Of a stretch of 64,000 nt of DNA, positions 1-9,207 are shown piece after piece (position 1 is the stretch's first letter; each line of letters opens with the position of its first letter). A program made the position numbers and the translations under genes. Source of the stretch: Cyanobacteria bacterium P01_D01_bin.156. Lineage in GTDB: Bacteria; Cyanobacteriota; Cyanobacteriia; Phormidesmidales; Phormidesmidaceae. A model generated the notes under the pieces. It was not told the DNA's origin. It did not search any database and saw only the letters and a program-made list of their open reading frames with translations. The stretch is from the NCBI GenBank assembly GCA_039024555.1, contig JBCCQQ010000007.1, positions 26,264 through 90,263 on the forward strand, written 5' to 3'.

Positions 1-1
1 T

Positions 2-2446
2 GGAAGTGGCGGGCTATGGCTATTAGATCCTGCCAATATTCGAATTGTTGCAGGTGATGGCTCAACTAATATTAATAGTACTCCGGGAACAGTAGCTACT
101 TCAGAGGTCATTACTCCAGCTATGCCAGGGATGACGATAACAGACCCTATTACAGGTGTGATGACAATTACACCCGGTACTCCAGAGACAATTACTCCGG
201 CGACTCCAGGAACTCCAAGTATTTTTAGCTCAGGTGCTGCACCACCTGAATCGACATTGGGAGTCGACTTAATTACCGATGCACTGGCTAATGGGACCAA
301 TGTCGAAATTATTACAACTGGTGATACCCCTGGCGATGGCAATATTATTCTAGAAACTCCGCTTGATTACCATCAGACCGGTAGCAATAGTCTAAGTTTG
401 ATTGCAAAAGGTGAGATTCAGATCCTGGCTGATATCTTTGACAGTGAGTTGACTACTTTTACTGAAACGGTAATGGTTACAACTGGCCCTCCTCTGATAG
501 GCCCTGACGGACTTCCAATTCCTGGCACTGAAACAACAACGACAACGACGACGATAACAACAACGGAGTCGTTTGATGATTTGAATCTCACGCTTGAGGC
601 TAATGAGCAAATTACTGTGACGGGCTCTATTAATTCAGGCGAAGGCGACATTAATATCTCGTCTCTTGAGGGAGATATTAATATCAGCAATAATTTAACC
701 ACCTCGGGCGGGGACGTATCTCTTAGCGCACCACAAGGAGATATTGTTTTTGATTCCATTGACACAGGTAGTAATCTCGCATCTGGCAATGGTGGTGACG
801 TCACTATTGCCGCCATAGAAGGGACTGTTAGGGGCATAGGCGGACCTACAACAATCGCAACCGTTGGAGAACTTTCAGATGGAAGCATCACCATTACCCA
901 CGGAGGTGGTCTGGACGATACCCCTTTCACAGTTGGTGATGCATCTGTAAACGGAACAGCGGGCTCGATTATTACCGGAGAAACCACTCTGGAAAATTTA
1001 TCCTTTCCAGGCAGTGTGGAAATAGGCAATATTCAGATTCTAACTCCAGATTCTGAGGTGGCAGAAACAGAAGAAACAACTGAAACTTGCATCACTGACT
1101 GTGAGGATGAAGAGCTAACTGAAAATGCTATTCAAGTTCCCTTAGAAGCCGTCAATGTGTTGCCAGCACCGGAACTGGCTATGCAAACCTTGGAACGACA
1201 GTTAACAGAAGAAGTCAGTGATTATTTGGGCCTAGAAGATAGTGTAGGTTCAACTAACTCAACTGAGCTTGCCAACTTACCCATGGCTCAAAACAGCTTG
1301 CGCAAAGTGCAAGGACAAACGGGTAAACGTCCTGCCCTTATTTATGCCGTATTTGGCTCTGGGGAGACTGCTGACGATGCTGAAAATATTCTTCAACAGT
1401 CGATGCCATCAGATAAGTTAGAACTTTTACTAGTTACTGGCGACGGCCCGCCTAAGTATATTCAAATGTCAGAAACACGAGCAGAGGTTCTACAACTGGC
1501 CCATCGTTTCCGGCGTCAGGTAGCATCCCCGAGTCGTGTGGGCACTCAATCGTATTTACCGATTGCGCAAGCGCTATATCAATTACTCATCGAGCCCCTA
1601 GTAGCAGAACTTAATGCCCAAGAGATCGATACCATTAGCTTTATTACCGATGCTGGCTTGAGATCATTGCCTTTGGCCGCTCTCCATGATGGCGAAAGCT
1701 TTTTAATCGAAAACTACAATATCGGGTTAATGCCCAGCCTTAGTCTGACAGATCTCACCTATAAAGACATTCGTGATGTGGGTGCATTGGTAGCGGGCAC
1801 CTCGGTCTTTCCGGATCAGGTTTCATTACCCAGCGTTCCAGTGGAACTAAAGGCGATTTCGTCTCGGTGGCGTAGTGCTTTGCTTGAGGGAAATTCCTTT
1901 AATCTAGATACTCTAAAAGGTGAGCGCCAGACAGCATCTTATGGAATTCTACATCTGGCGACCCATGGTGAATTTAACCCAGGGGATTTATCGAAGTCTT
2001 ATCTGCATTTACACAATGAAAAGCTAGGGTTAGATCAGCTACGTACCCTAGGCTTACACAAGCCTGGGGTAGAACTTATTACCCTAAGTGCCTGCCAGAC
2101 CGCCTTGGGCAGCCGCGCCGCTGAGCTGGGCTTTGCAGGCTTTGCTATATTGACGGGAGCCAAAACAGCGGTTGCCAGTCTATGGAACATCAGCGATGAC
2201 GCCTCAGCAGGGTTGATGATTGAATTTTATCAACAGCTCCAGGAAAGTCAGCCCACCATCAAAGCAGAGGCTCTACGACAGGCTCAGCTAGCCATGTTGC
2301 GGGGGAAGATTACTGTCGAAAATGGCCAGCTCAAGTTGCCCAGTGGTAATCATTCACTACCGGCTGGCTTAGGAAAAGATGCGGCACAGGATTTTAGCCA
2401 TCCCTATTACTGGGCTGCATTTAACTTGGTAGGCAGCCCATGGTAA
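2..2446 (+). CDS. Filamentous-haemagglutinin-like protein with C-terminal CHAT (caspase-like) domain; 5'-truncated by the window edge
   Basis: The frame is open from base 2 (GSGGLWLLDPANIRIV..., a WLLDP motif of haemagglutinin-type proteins), so ATG122 is not the true start. Gly/Asn/Ile/Thr beta-helix-like repeats follow. The CHAT domain has the LHLATHG and LSACQT dyad motifs and a HPYYWAAFNLVGSPW end. Confidence 0.85.
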   Translation, partial: GSGGLWLLDPANIRIVAGDGSTNINSTPGTVATSEVITPAMPGMTITDPITGVMTITPGTPETITPATPGTPSIFSSGAAPPESTLGVDLITDALANGTNVEIITTGDTPGDGNIILETPLDYHQTGSNSLSLIAKGEIQILADIFDSELTTFTETVMVTTGPPLIGPDGLPIPGTETTTTTTTITTTESFDDLNLTLEANEQITVTGSINSGEGDINISSLEGDINISNNLTTSGGDVSLSAPQGDIVFDSIDTGSNLASGNGGDVTIAAIEGTVRGIGGPTTIATVGELSDGSITITHGGGLDDTPFTVGDASVNGTAGSIITGETTLENLSFPGSVEIGNIQILTPDSEVAETEETTETCITDCEDEELTENAIQVPLEAVNVLPAPELAMQTLERQLTEEVSDYLGLEDSVGSTNSTELANLPMAQNSLRKVQGQTGKRPALIYAVFGSGETADDAENILQQSMPSDKLELLLVTGDGPPKYIQMSETRAEVLQLAHRFRRQVASPSRVGTQSYLPIAQALYQLLIEPLVAELNAQEIDTISFITDAGLRSLPLAALHDGESFLIENYNIGLMPSLSLTDLTYKDIRDVGALVAGTSVFPDQVSLPSVPVELKAISSRWRSALLEGNSFNLDTLKGERQTASYGILHLATHGEFNPGDLSKSYLHLHNEKLGLDQLRTLGLHKPGVELITLSACQTALGSRAAELGFAGFAILTGAKTAVASLWNISDDASAGLMIEFYQQLQESQPTIKAEALRQAQLAMLRGKITVENGQLKLPSGNHSLPAGLGKDAAQDFSHPYYWAAFNLVGSPW

Positions 2447-2457
2447 GGATGCTAAGT

Positions 2458-2620
2458 TAAGCCGAGAAATTTTGGCTATGGACGAATTTGGAGTTTTGAA
2501 TCCGGAGTTCAAAAAGGTAGGATATTCCAAATTCAAGACTCTGAAGACCTTGGGAAATCATTCTGCTCTGTGGTCGGTGGGTGGTCGTCCGGCGCAAGCC
2601 ATGACAATTTTCTAGGCTCA
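2458..2620. repeat. Short dispersed hairpin / MITE-like intergenic element between convergent genes
   Basis: Starts TAAGCCGAGAAATTTTGGCT, 19/20 identical to 21908-21927. Internal imperfect inverted repeat (GAATTTGGAGTTTTGAAT ... ATTCCAAATTCAAGACTC). The right end, reverse-complemented (TGAGCCTAGAAAATT), resembles the left end. Confidence 0.45.
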
Positions 2621-4639
2621 CACGAGTGTCTGTAGAGTATCTAGTTCAGTATGAATTCTCTCCTCTAATGCTTTAAGGCGCTCAATGGTCTGCTCTCGGT
2701 TAATTTCGTTCTGTTGCTTCTTTTCTACTAGACTACTGAGTTCTAAACGACGGGAAGCAATGTCAGCACTCACACGGTCAATGGCGCGTTCTTCATAGGT
2801 ACCAAAACAATCGGTGACGGCCTTGTAGATAGGCTGCCACTGATCAGCCGCAATCTGGGGAAGATGTTTGACAAACTCTTTACGGGTTGCTTTGAGAAAT
2901 TCTTGACGGACAAACTCGGCCTGGGCTGCTAATAGGCCACCGGCTGCTGCAATCACTCCCACAATGTTGAGGAATAAACTACTAAAGAGTAACCCTAAAA
3001 TTTGTAAAGCGATAACAATACAGACATAGCTAACGGCCATCTGTAGTACGGACTGCCAAAAATGGTTGAAGGGCATGACCGCATCGTTTAGGGTGTCGGG
3101 AATCTCATCGAAGAGATCGCGAATGTTGTCAAGCCAAGGGCGCGGTTCTTCAGTGGAACGGGTGCCGGGGGCATAGAACTTACGTCCCATCATTTTTTCA
3201 TGGATAACTTCTACCACTTCGGCATAGGCCACCTGGTATTCGTTAGCGCTCTCATTGAGTTCATCAAAGACCTGACCAATTTTTTGCTTGGCGGTAAACT
3301 CCCAAGCGGCTAGGCGATCGTTAATGTAGCGCTCAAACGCTCGCTTAAATTCTTTGTAAAATTCGTCTCGCTGCTCTTCGTCGAGAAAGCTCAGAAAGTC
3401 GAGATCGGGCTGAGAAGCGACAAAGTCGGTTTCGAAACTTGCTTCTAGGTTAAGGATATAGGTTTTGAAAGAGTCGGCAATGGCTTTAGCGCTGCGATCG
3501 CAGCGTCCCCGAATGAGTTGTCGATAGTTATCGCGAATTTTCTCCAGTTTCCCAAACTCGCTTTCCACCGAAACTACCCGCTGCTGTAGCTCACTGAGGT
3601 CTTCATCTAGTAGCGGAATGCGTCGAGCAACGGTTTCTTGCACGGCACTGTAGGCTCGATGGGCCAACTTGGCCGCTCGTTGTAGTTCCGCTTGCCCCCG
3701 CTCTTGGGTCAAAAATGATTCCAGAGCAGTGAAAAAGGTATCCACACCACTGCCCGCCAGAGATGTCTGTTTACGCTGTTGGCGCAGTGCGGTAAGAGCT
3801 GATACCTCAAACCAGGTGGTTTCTGGTGGCAGACTTTGGGCAAATACCTGACGTTGACGGTTCTCGGCGTCTTCTAAAGCCGCGTCATCTTCAGGATTAA
3901 CCAAACTCGCCCGAATCCGGTCCCAGCCATTGATTACGTAAAAACACTCCAGGTCTCGACTCTGAATGTAATTATTTAAGTAGCGACGTTCGTCCAGGGT
4001 CATGGGCTGCATTGCATCCACCACAAACACTACCGCCTGCGCCTCGTTTAAGTAACTCAGGACCTGCTGGTTGCGGGTTTCTGTATCGTTAAGACCGGGA
4101 GTATCCACAATCTCCAAACCAGAGGCCAATAGAGGAACAGGAGCTTCAATTACGACGTGACTAATATCAGGAAACGCATTGGTTTCTAGCTGACGAGCTT
4201 CATCAGGGGAGATGGTGTAATCGTTCTGGAATGTCTCAAAATCAATGACCTTAGGGGCATTATTGTTGTTGTAATGTATGGTCACTCGACGCTCTGGTCC
4301 GTGCCGTAGCACGCTTAGCAGGGCCGTGCAGGGGTTCACGTCACTGGGTAGCAGCGTATCTCCTACCAATGCGTTAATTAGGGTGCTTTTTCCCCGTTTC
4401 ATTTCCCCTAGAACAACGATACGGTAGGTGCCCTCTTGAAGTTGTTCTGCGGTGCTTTTCAGAGTACTTATGTGGCGACTCAGCCCCAGCTGTCCGGAAC
4501 TCTCGTGGGTATCGGCCCGGTCCATCGCGATCGCAATTTGGTCCAAAACCTGGGCTGCCTGTTGGCGATTCTGATAAAACTGGTCAAGGCTGTTAGCCAA
4601 GTTAGGGAAAGAACCGTTTGCTGCCGGAGATGTGACCAT
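2618..4639 (-). CDS. Bacterial dynamin-like protein (BDLP family GTPase)
   Basis: G1 GEMKRGKS, LLPSDVNPCTA (G2), DTPG (G3), NGWD (G4), long helical stalk and a hydrophobic paddle (YVCIVIALQILGLLFSSLFLNIVGVIAAAGGLL). ATG at 4639 preferred over the track's GTG at 4666. Confidence 0.9.
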   Translation of the reverse strand: MVTSPAANGSFPNLANSLDQFYQNRQQAAQVLDQIAIAMDRADTHESSGQLGLSRHISTLKSTAEQLQEGTYRIVVLGEMKRGKSTLINALVGDTLLPSDVNPCTALLSVLRHGPERRVTIHYNNNNAPKVIDFETFQNDYTISPDEARQLETNAFPDISHVVIEAPVPLLASGLEIVDTPGLNDTETRNQQVLSYLNEAQAVVFVVDAMQPMTLDERRYLNNYIQSRDLECFYVINGWDRIRASLVNPEDDAALEDAENRQRQVFAQSLPPETTWFEVSALTALRQQRKQTSLAGSGVDTFFTALESFLTQERGQAELQRAAKLAHRAYSAVQETVARRIPLLDEDLSELQQRVVSVESEFGKLEKIRDNYRQLIRGRCDRSAKAIADSFKTYILNLEASFETDFVASQPDLDFLSFLDEEQRDEFYKEFKRAFERYINDRLAAWEFTAKQKIGQVFDELNESANEYQVAYAEVVEVIHEKMMGRKFYAPGTRSTEEPRPWLDNIRDLFDEIPDTLNDAVMPFNHFWQSVLQMAVSYVCIVIALQILGLLFSSLFLNIVGVIAAAGGLLAAQAEFVRQEFLKATRKEFVKHLPQIAADQWQPIYKAVTDCFGTYEERAIDRVSADIASRRLELSSLVEKKQQNEINREQTIERLKALEERIHTELDTLQTLV
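3494..3501. repeat. HIP1 octamer GCGATCGC (example; at least 19 copies in the window)
   Basis: Seen at 3494, 4527, 5601, 20220, 20934, 25401, 25542, 28121, 32492, 36384, 38516, 42360, 43701, 47393, 49906, 50982, 55254, 60156 and 61582 (found by eye, may be incomplete). Confidence 0.9.
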
Positions 4640-4918
4640 AGAAAAAATATTTGCTTTTACACTCACTACAGTTCAGTTTGCCTCAATTCCCTAGAACCGT
4701 GATCACTCAGCGCAAGTCTGCGGACTCAATTTAATCAGAATGAATAATTAAACAGGCAACATTGTTCATGAGCTCAATTTTTGTAAAGGTGACAGCACGA
4801 TTCTTAGGCTTCCTACCCTATTAACGAAGGGAAGATGGCTACAATAGAAGCGTTTAGTAGGCATATTTCTCCAAATATTTCAAGCGCTGTCCCCACTGTT
4901 CTATTTGTTTAGTTGTTT

Positions 4919-6229
4919 ATGGCCTCTGCTGACGATTACTATGCGCGGCTACAGGTATCTTCGGATGCCAGTCAAGCAGAAATTAAGGCAGCGTTTCGTC
5001 GCCTGGCACGGCGCTATCACCCTGATCTAAATCCAAACGATCCTAGGGCACTAGAAAAATTTCGAGCCCTGCACGAAGCCTATGAAGTCCTGATGGATCA
5101 GGTGCAGCGACAGCTGTATGACCGCACGGGCACTACAGAATACAACGGTACCCGTCCGCAAACTGCCCACGATTTCTATATGCGGGGTATTCAGCAAACC
5201 TTGGCCCGTCAATACAAGTCAGCGCTGACGGATTTTAATCGGGCTATTGAACTCCAACCCGCATTGGCAGAAGCCTATCTGCGGCGAGCCCAAGTCCGCT
5301 ACATTTTGAATGATGATGCTGGGGTGTTAGCGGACTGTCAACAGCTACGACAGTTTCCTCGCCAACTACCGCAGACTTACTATTATCTTGGGCTAGCGCG
5401 CTATCGTTTGGGGTATACCGAAAGTGCACTGGCTGCTTTTTCTAGTGCCATTGAACAAGAGCCAGATGACCCTAAGCTTTACTTTCAGCGAGGGGTGGCA
5501 TACGAAGATATTCAAGAATGGAACGAAGCGGCTAACGATTTTCAAACGGCCTCTGTCCACTACCAGGCCCAGGGCGATTTAGAAGGCTATCATCACAGTC
5601 GCGATCGCATCCAAAAGCTACAGAAACAACGTCGCTACAAGTTCAAACATCGTCGCACTCGAGATCTAGCAAGCCGTTTAGGACGATTTGAACAAGCCAA
5701 TCGCCTATTATTTGGATTATTGGGAAATCCTGCCATAGAACTTATCAATTTGCATAGCCGCCTGACTCAGCGACAGGCGTCATACATGGGGTGTATCCTT
5801 GCTGCCTTTGGGTTACTGGGGTTTACATTGGGAGGCTACGTTTTACAGTTTGCTGAAAATACTAGCCCGGGTATTGCCTTTACTGGTCTATGGCTGGCAG
5901 GTTGTACAGTCTTTTTGAGTTTGATTATTGCCCTGGGCGGTTCACGTCTGTGGCTGCGTCGCCATGGTAGCTGGGCTAACGATACCTTCATTGCCGGAGC
6001 TACCCTTTTGCCCATGGGTATGTTTGTGCTTATCAGCCCGATGGTTTTGCTCATCCCATGGCTGTGGTTGTTATTGCTGAGTGTTAGCCTGCACCATACT
6101 TTTTTAACCCTTTACAGCGGTTGTCATCACATTCATCACTATTCTGAAGTGGTAGCTACTTGGCTAACGCCCAGTTTACTTTTTCTCAGCATGAGCCTGG
6201 GCTATTTAATGTGGAATACTTGGATATAA
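4919..6229 (+). CDS. DnaJ-domain protein with TPR repeats and a C-terminal multi-pass membrane domain
   Basis: N-terminal J domain (DYYARL...RRYHPDLNP, HPD intact), TPR-like repeats (A..DFNRAIELQP..AEAY..R) and about 5 hydrophobic segments at the C-terminus. ATG 4919 preferred over TTG 4913. Confidence 0.85.
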   Translation: MASADDYYARLQVSSDASQAEIKAAFRRLARRYHPDLNPNDPRALEKFRALHEAYEVLMDQVQRQLYDRTGTTEYNGTRPQTAHDFYMRGIQQTLARQYKSALTDFNRAIELQPALAEAYLRRAQVRYILNDDAGVLADCQQLRQFPRQLPQTYYYLGLARYRLGYTESALAAFSSAIEQEPDDPKLYFQRGVAYEDIQEWNEAANDFQTASVHYQAQGDLEGYHHSRDRIQKLQKQRRYKFKHRRTRDLASRLGRFEQANRLLFGLLGNPAIELINLHSRLTQRQASYMGCILAAFGLLGFTLGGYVLQFAENTSPGIAFTGLWLAGCTVFLSLIIALGGSRLWLRRHGSWANDTFIAGATLLPMGMFVLISPMVLLIPWLWLLLLSVSLHHTFLTLYSGCHHIHHYSEVVATWLTPSLLFLSMSLGYLMWNTWI

Positions 6230-6910
6230 CCATCAAACTAAGATAGTAAAGGGTTCAAATATTGTTTGACTGTGTAGTATATTTTCTTTTTCATAAAACA
6301 GCTTGAGAGTATGCATCGTCTTGAACAGACTATACTTCAGCCGTTCCTGTTTTAGGACATGCAATGGATTGTCGATCTCATTAGACTGCAAGACTTGGAA
6401 TTGAAAATAATCCTAGGATTTACTCATGCCAGTGCCCTAAGTTCGTAAAAAAATAGATTTCTAGGTGCTGTGACTTGATTAGACGCAATAAATATAAACC
6501 CTATGTACAGAGAAAATTTCAGTAATAACAGGTAGCCTTCCTCAAGCAAAAACTTTAAGACAACTTACAGATATTTCACTCTGTTCAAAGGGTACTCTAT
6601 GTGCTGTTAATGCTGAAAGCATAACATACGCTAATCAGTAGGATAACTAAAACATGGTTGATAACAGGCTCATAAGGTTCTGAATAGTTGTAGCACTCAT
6701 ATCTTTTTTGTCATCTCTTCATATTCAATCAATGTATCTCGTGTAAACAAAAGGTTTTCATCGATAGGCATAGCCTGACTATAGATCGGCCAAAGCGCTG
6801 AATAATCAATGAACACCTAGAATTCAGTGATTATTCTAGATGCAGAAGCTTACTTATTTAGGCAGACTTGTATGAGATAAATCTTATGGTAAGTGTGAGT
6901 TCCCCAAGAT

Positions 6911-8161
6911 ATGCCATCTCTACAAATTAGAAACGATTTAGGAAAGAGAATTAACTACTACAGGGAGCAACATTTTACAGGCATTCTTTCAGTTGTCGTA
7001 GAATCAAAAGCTCCATGGTATATCTACTTTCTGGCTGGACAAATTGTTTGGGTAAATACACAAACACAGTCAAAACAACGATGGCATAGACAACTTTCCA
7101 TACACTGCCCAAAGCTGCTTCAACCCAAATATAATCCTGCAAAGAGAGTAACCTACAGTGATTTAGTTAAATTGGTCAGGCATAAAAAATTTGACCGTCG
7201 CCGCTTTTGTGACATCGTTGCAGGCTATATTTCAGAAAATCTATTCGACATTATTCAACAGGGAACTCTGGAATTTCAACGCTCAAAGACACCATTGAGC
7301 TACAAGGTAAGCTCGCGAGACGCTGCCAGCTTCCCATATATTAACCTGCGGCACAGACACCTCTGGGAGCAAGTTCTACAAAGCTGGCAAGCTTGGGAGG
7401 AGCTTGATCTACTCGATGTTCAACCAAACCAAGTTCCCGTAATTGTAAATTCCACCGTATTACGACAGCATATTTCTCCTAATCTACTGCAATATTTATC
7501 AACGTTAAAGGAGCAACGCCAGACGCTTCGGGATATAGCAACAAAGCTCAATCAGCCTCTGACTCTAACATCTTTAGCGGTGTCGATTGTGCCTCACATA
7601 CGGAATAACTTGATTCGTATGGTTGAACTTGAAGACTTGATTGCGGGTAAAGTTGCTACATCTGGCACCCTTTATTCTGGCCAGACCGCTGCTAATGCTA
7701 ACAGCCCCGCATCTAATCATTCAAAACTCTCAGGCAATGGTGCTCTAGTTCTCTATATTGACGATAGCCCAACAGATAGTCAGAAAATGGCAAATATCGT
7801 CGAAGGCGCTGGATATCGTTACATTAATATCGCTGACCCCCTGCAGGCGTTACCCAAGCTATTAGAGGTTAAACCTCAAATCATCTTTTTAGATCTGGTA
7901 ATGCCCATTGCCAACGGATACGAGCTATGTGCTCAAATTCGTCGAATTTCGGCATTCAAAGATACCCCCGTCATTATTGTTACTAATAATGACGGTATTG
8001 CCGATCGCGTACGTGCCAAAGTAGTCGGTGCTTCTGGTTTTATGGGCAAACCTATTAGCCAACAAAAAGTACTAAAGATACTCAAAAAGTGTACGTTTGG
8101 TCATACTAAGGCTTACACAGCGATTAAACAGCCCCTCAATCTTGCCGTCTCAGCCTCATAA
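6911..8161 (+). CDS. PatA-type response regulator (PATAN/DUF4388 + REC), PixG/PilG-like
   Basis: N-terminal FTGIL...WYIYFLAGQIVW...RW.RQL. C-terminal receiver IDDS...IFLDLVMP..NGYELC...GFMGKP. First gene of the chemosensory cluster. Confidence 0.88.
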   Translation: MPSLQIRNDLGKRINYYREQHFTGILSVVVESKAPWYIYFLAGQIVWVNTQTQSKQRWHRQLSIHCPKLLQPKYNPAKRVTYSDLVKLVRHKKFDRRRFCDIVAGYISENLFDIIQQGTLEFQRSKTPLSYKVSSRDAASFPYINLRHRHLWEQVLQSWQAWEELDLLDVQPNQVPVIVNSTVLRQHISPNLLQYLSTLKEQRQTLRDIATKLNQPLTLTSLAVSIVPHIRNNLIRMVELEDLIAGKVATSGTLYSGQTAANANSPASNHSKLSGNGALVLYIDDSPTDSQKMANIVEGAGYRYINIADPLQALPKLLEVKPQIIFLDLVMPIANGYELCAQIRRISAFKDTPVIIVTNNDGIADRVRAKVVGASGFMGKPISQQKVLKILKKCTFGHTKAYTAIKQPLNLAVSAS

Positions 8162-8227
8162 GAGAATAACAGCATGTGGCACTTAAACATTGCTGTAGAT
8201 ACTGTACACCCAACAGATAAAAATACT

Positions 8228-8590
8228 ATGATCACCGCCTTGATTGTGGAAGATAGTTTTACAGACAGAGAGCGACTAACTCATTTTTTACAAGAGTCTG
8301 GAATAGCTGTCGTAAAGGCTACGAGTAGTGAAGATGCCTTACACAAGCTCCAAAACAAACGACCTGATATGGTTTTTTTGGATGTTGTTTTACCAGGTCA
8401 AAGTGGGTTTGAGTTTTGTCGCAATCTAAAGACCAATATTCAAACTCAGAGTATTCCTGTAGTGATTTGCTCTATTAAAACCACTGAAGCTGATAAGCTT
8501 TGGGGTTCAATGCTTGGAGCTGATGCTTATTTGAGTAAGCCGATAGATCCACAACAACTACTTGCTACGGTGCAGCAAGTTATAGGATAA
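8228..8590 (+). CDS. cheY: CheY-like single-domain response regulator (PixH/PilH-like)
   Basis: LIVEDS...PDMVFLDVVLPGQSGFEFCR...WGSMLGADAYLSKP. ATG 8228 preferred over 8174. Confidence 0.9.
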   Translation: MITALIVEDSFTDRERLTHFLQESGIAVVKATSSEDALHKLQNKRPDMVFLDVVLPGQSGFEFCRNLKTNIQTQSIPVVICSIKTTEADKLWGSMLGADAYLSKPIDPQQLLATVQQVIG

Positions 8591-8600
8591 ATCTTAAAAA

Positions 8601-9140
8601 ATGACAGTTGCTACTAATTTTTTAGAGCTTGAGTTTAACAAACTTAGCTTCAAAGCTGATCCACTCGGATTGGACCCAATCCCTGAGGATACAAGACAAC
8701 GATTTTTACGGTTCCAGCTTTTAGAAGGATATAAAACATTCTTGTCGCTCCAAAGTATTTTAGAAATTCGACATTTAAGCACCTCAAGTATTTTATCAAT
8801 TCCAGACATCTCTACACCCATGCTAGGCGTTTGTAACTGGCGTAGTGAGATTCTTTGGTTGGCTGATTTAAACGCACTAGTTGGCAATATACCTCTATGG
8901 CATATGCACCCATTATTAGAACAAGCAACCGTAATTATTGTGGAGTTCAATCAAATAAAAATTGGGTTAGTCGTAGAGCAAGTAGACGATATTGATCTAC
9001 TTGAGCCTCAAGATATTCAGCAACAAGATTGGTGCCCTTCCGAACTGACTCCTTATGTTGCAGGTTGTTTAACAAACCCTGAAGGTGTGATTTTAGATGC
9101 AGCTGCTATTGTTGAGCATTTACTTCAGAAGAGAACCTAG
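8601..9140 (+). CDS. cheW: CheW coupling protein (PixI/PilI-like)
   Basis: RFLRFQL...ILSIPD...MLGVCNWRSEILWLADL...IGLVVEQVDDI, located between cheY and the MCP. Confidence 0.88.
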   Translation: MTVATNFLELEFNKLSFKADPLGLDPIPEDTRQRFLRFQLLEGYKTFLSLQSILEIRHLSTSSILSIPDISTPMLGVCNWRSEILWLADLNALVGNIPLWHMHPLLEQATVIIVEFNQIKIGLVVEQVDDIDLLEPQDIQQQDWCPSELTPYVAGCLTNPEGVILDAAAIVEHLLQKRT

Positions 9141-9207
9141 ATTGTTGTTTCAATATATTCTAACCATCGCTAAAGTCGTCTTAATAGTTTTATAGTTGTA
9201 AAACCTC

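Noticed and set aside
418-1029. 203-aa antisense ORF, and similar long antisense ORFs (27775-28269, 37481-37909, 42240-42710, 52872-53324)
   Set aside because: They lie fully opposite well-supported genes and have no recognisable motifs. Expected from codon bias.
6586-6600. AAGGGTA(C) upstream of patA, and AAGGGTTA near 63528, as SigF-type promoters
   Set aside because: The motif is too short and occurs by chance in AT-rich DNA, and there is no TSS information.
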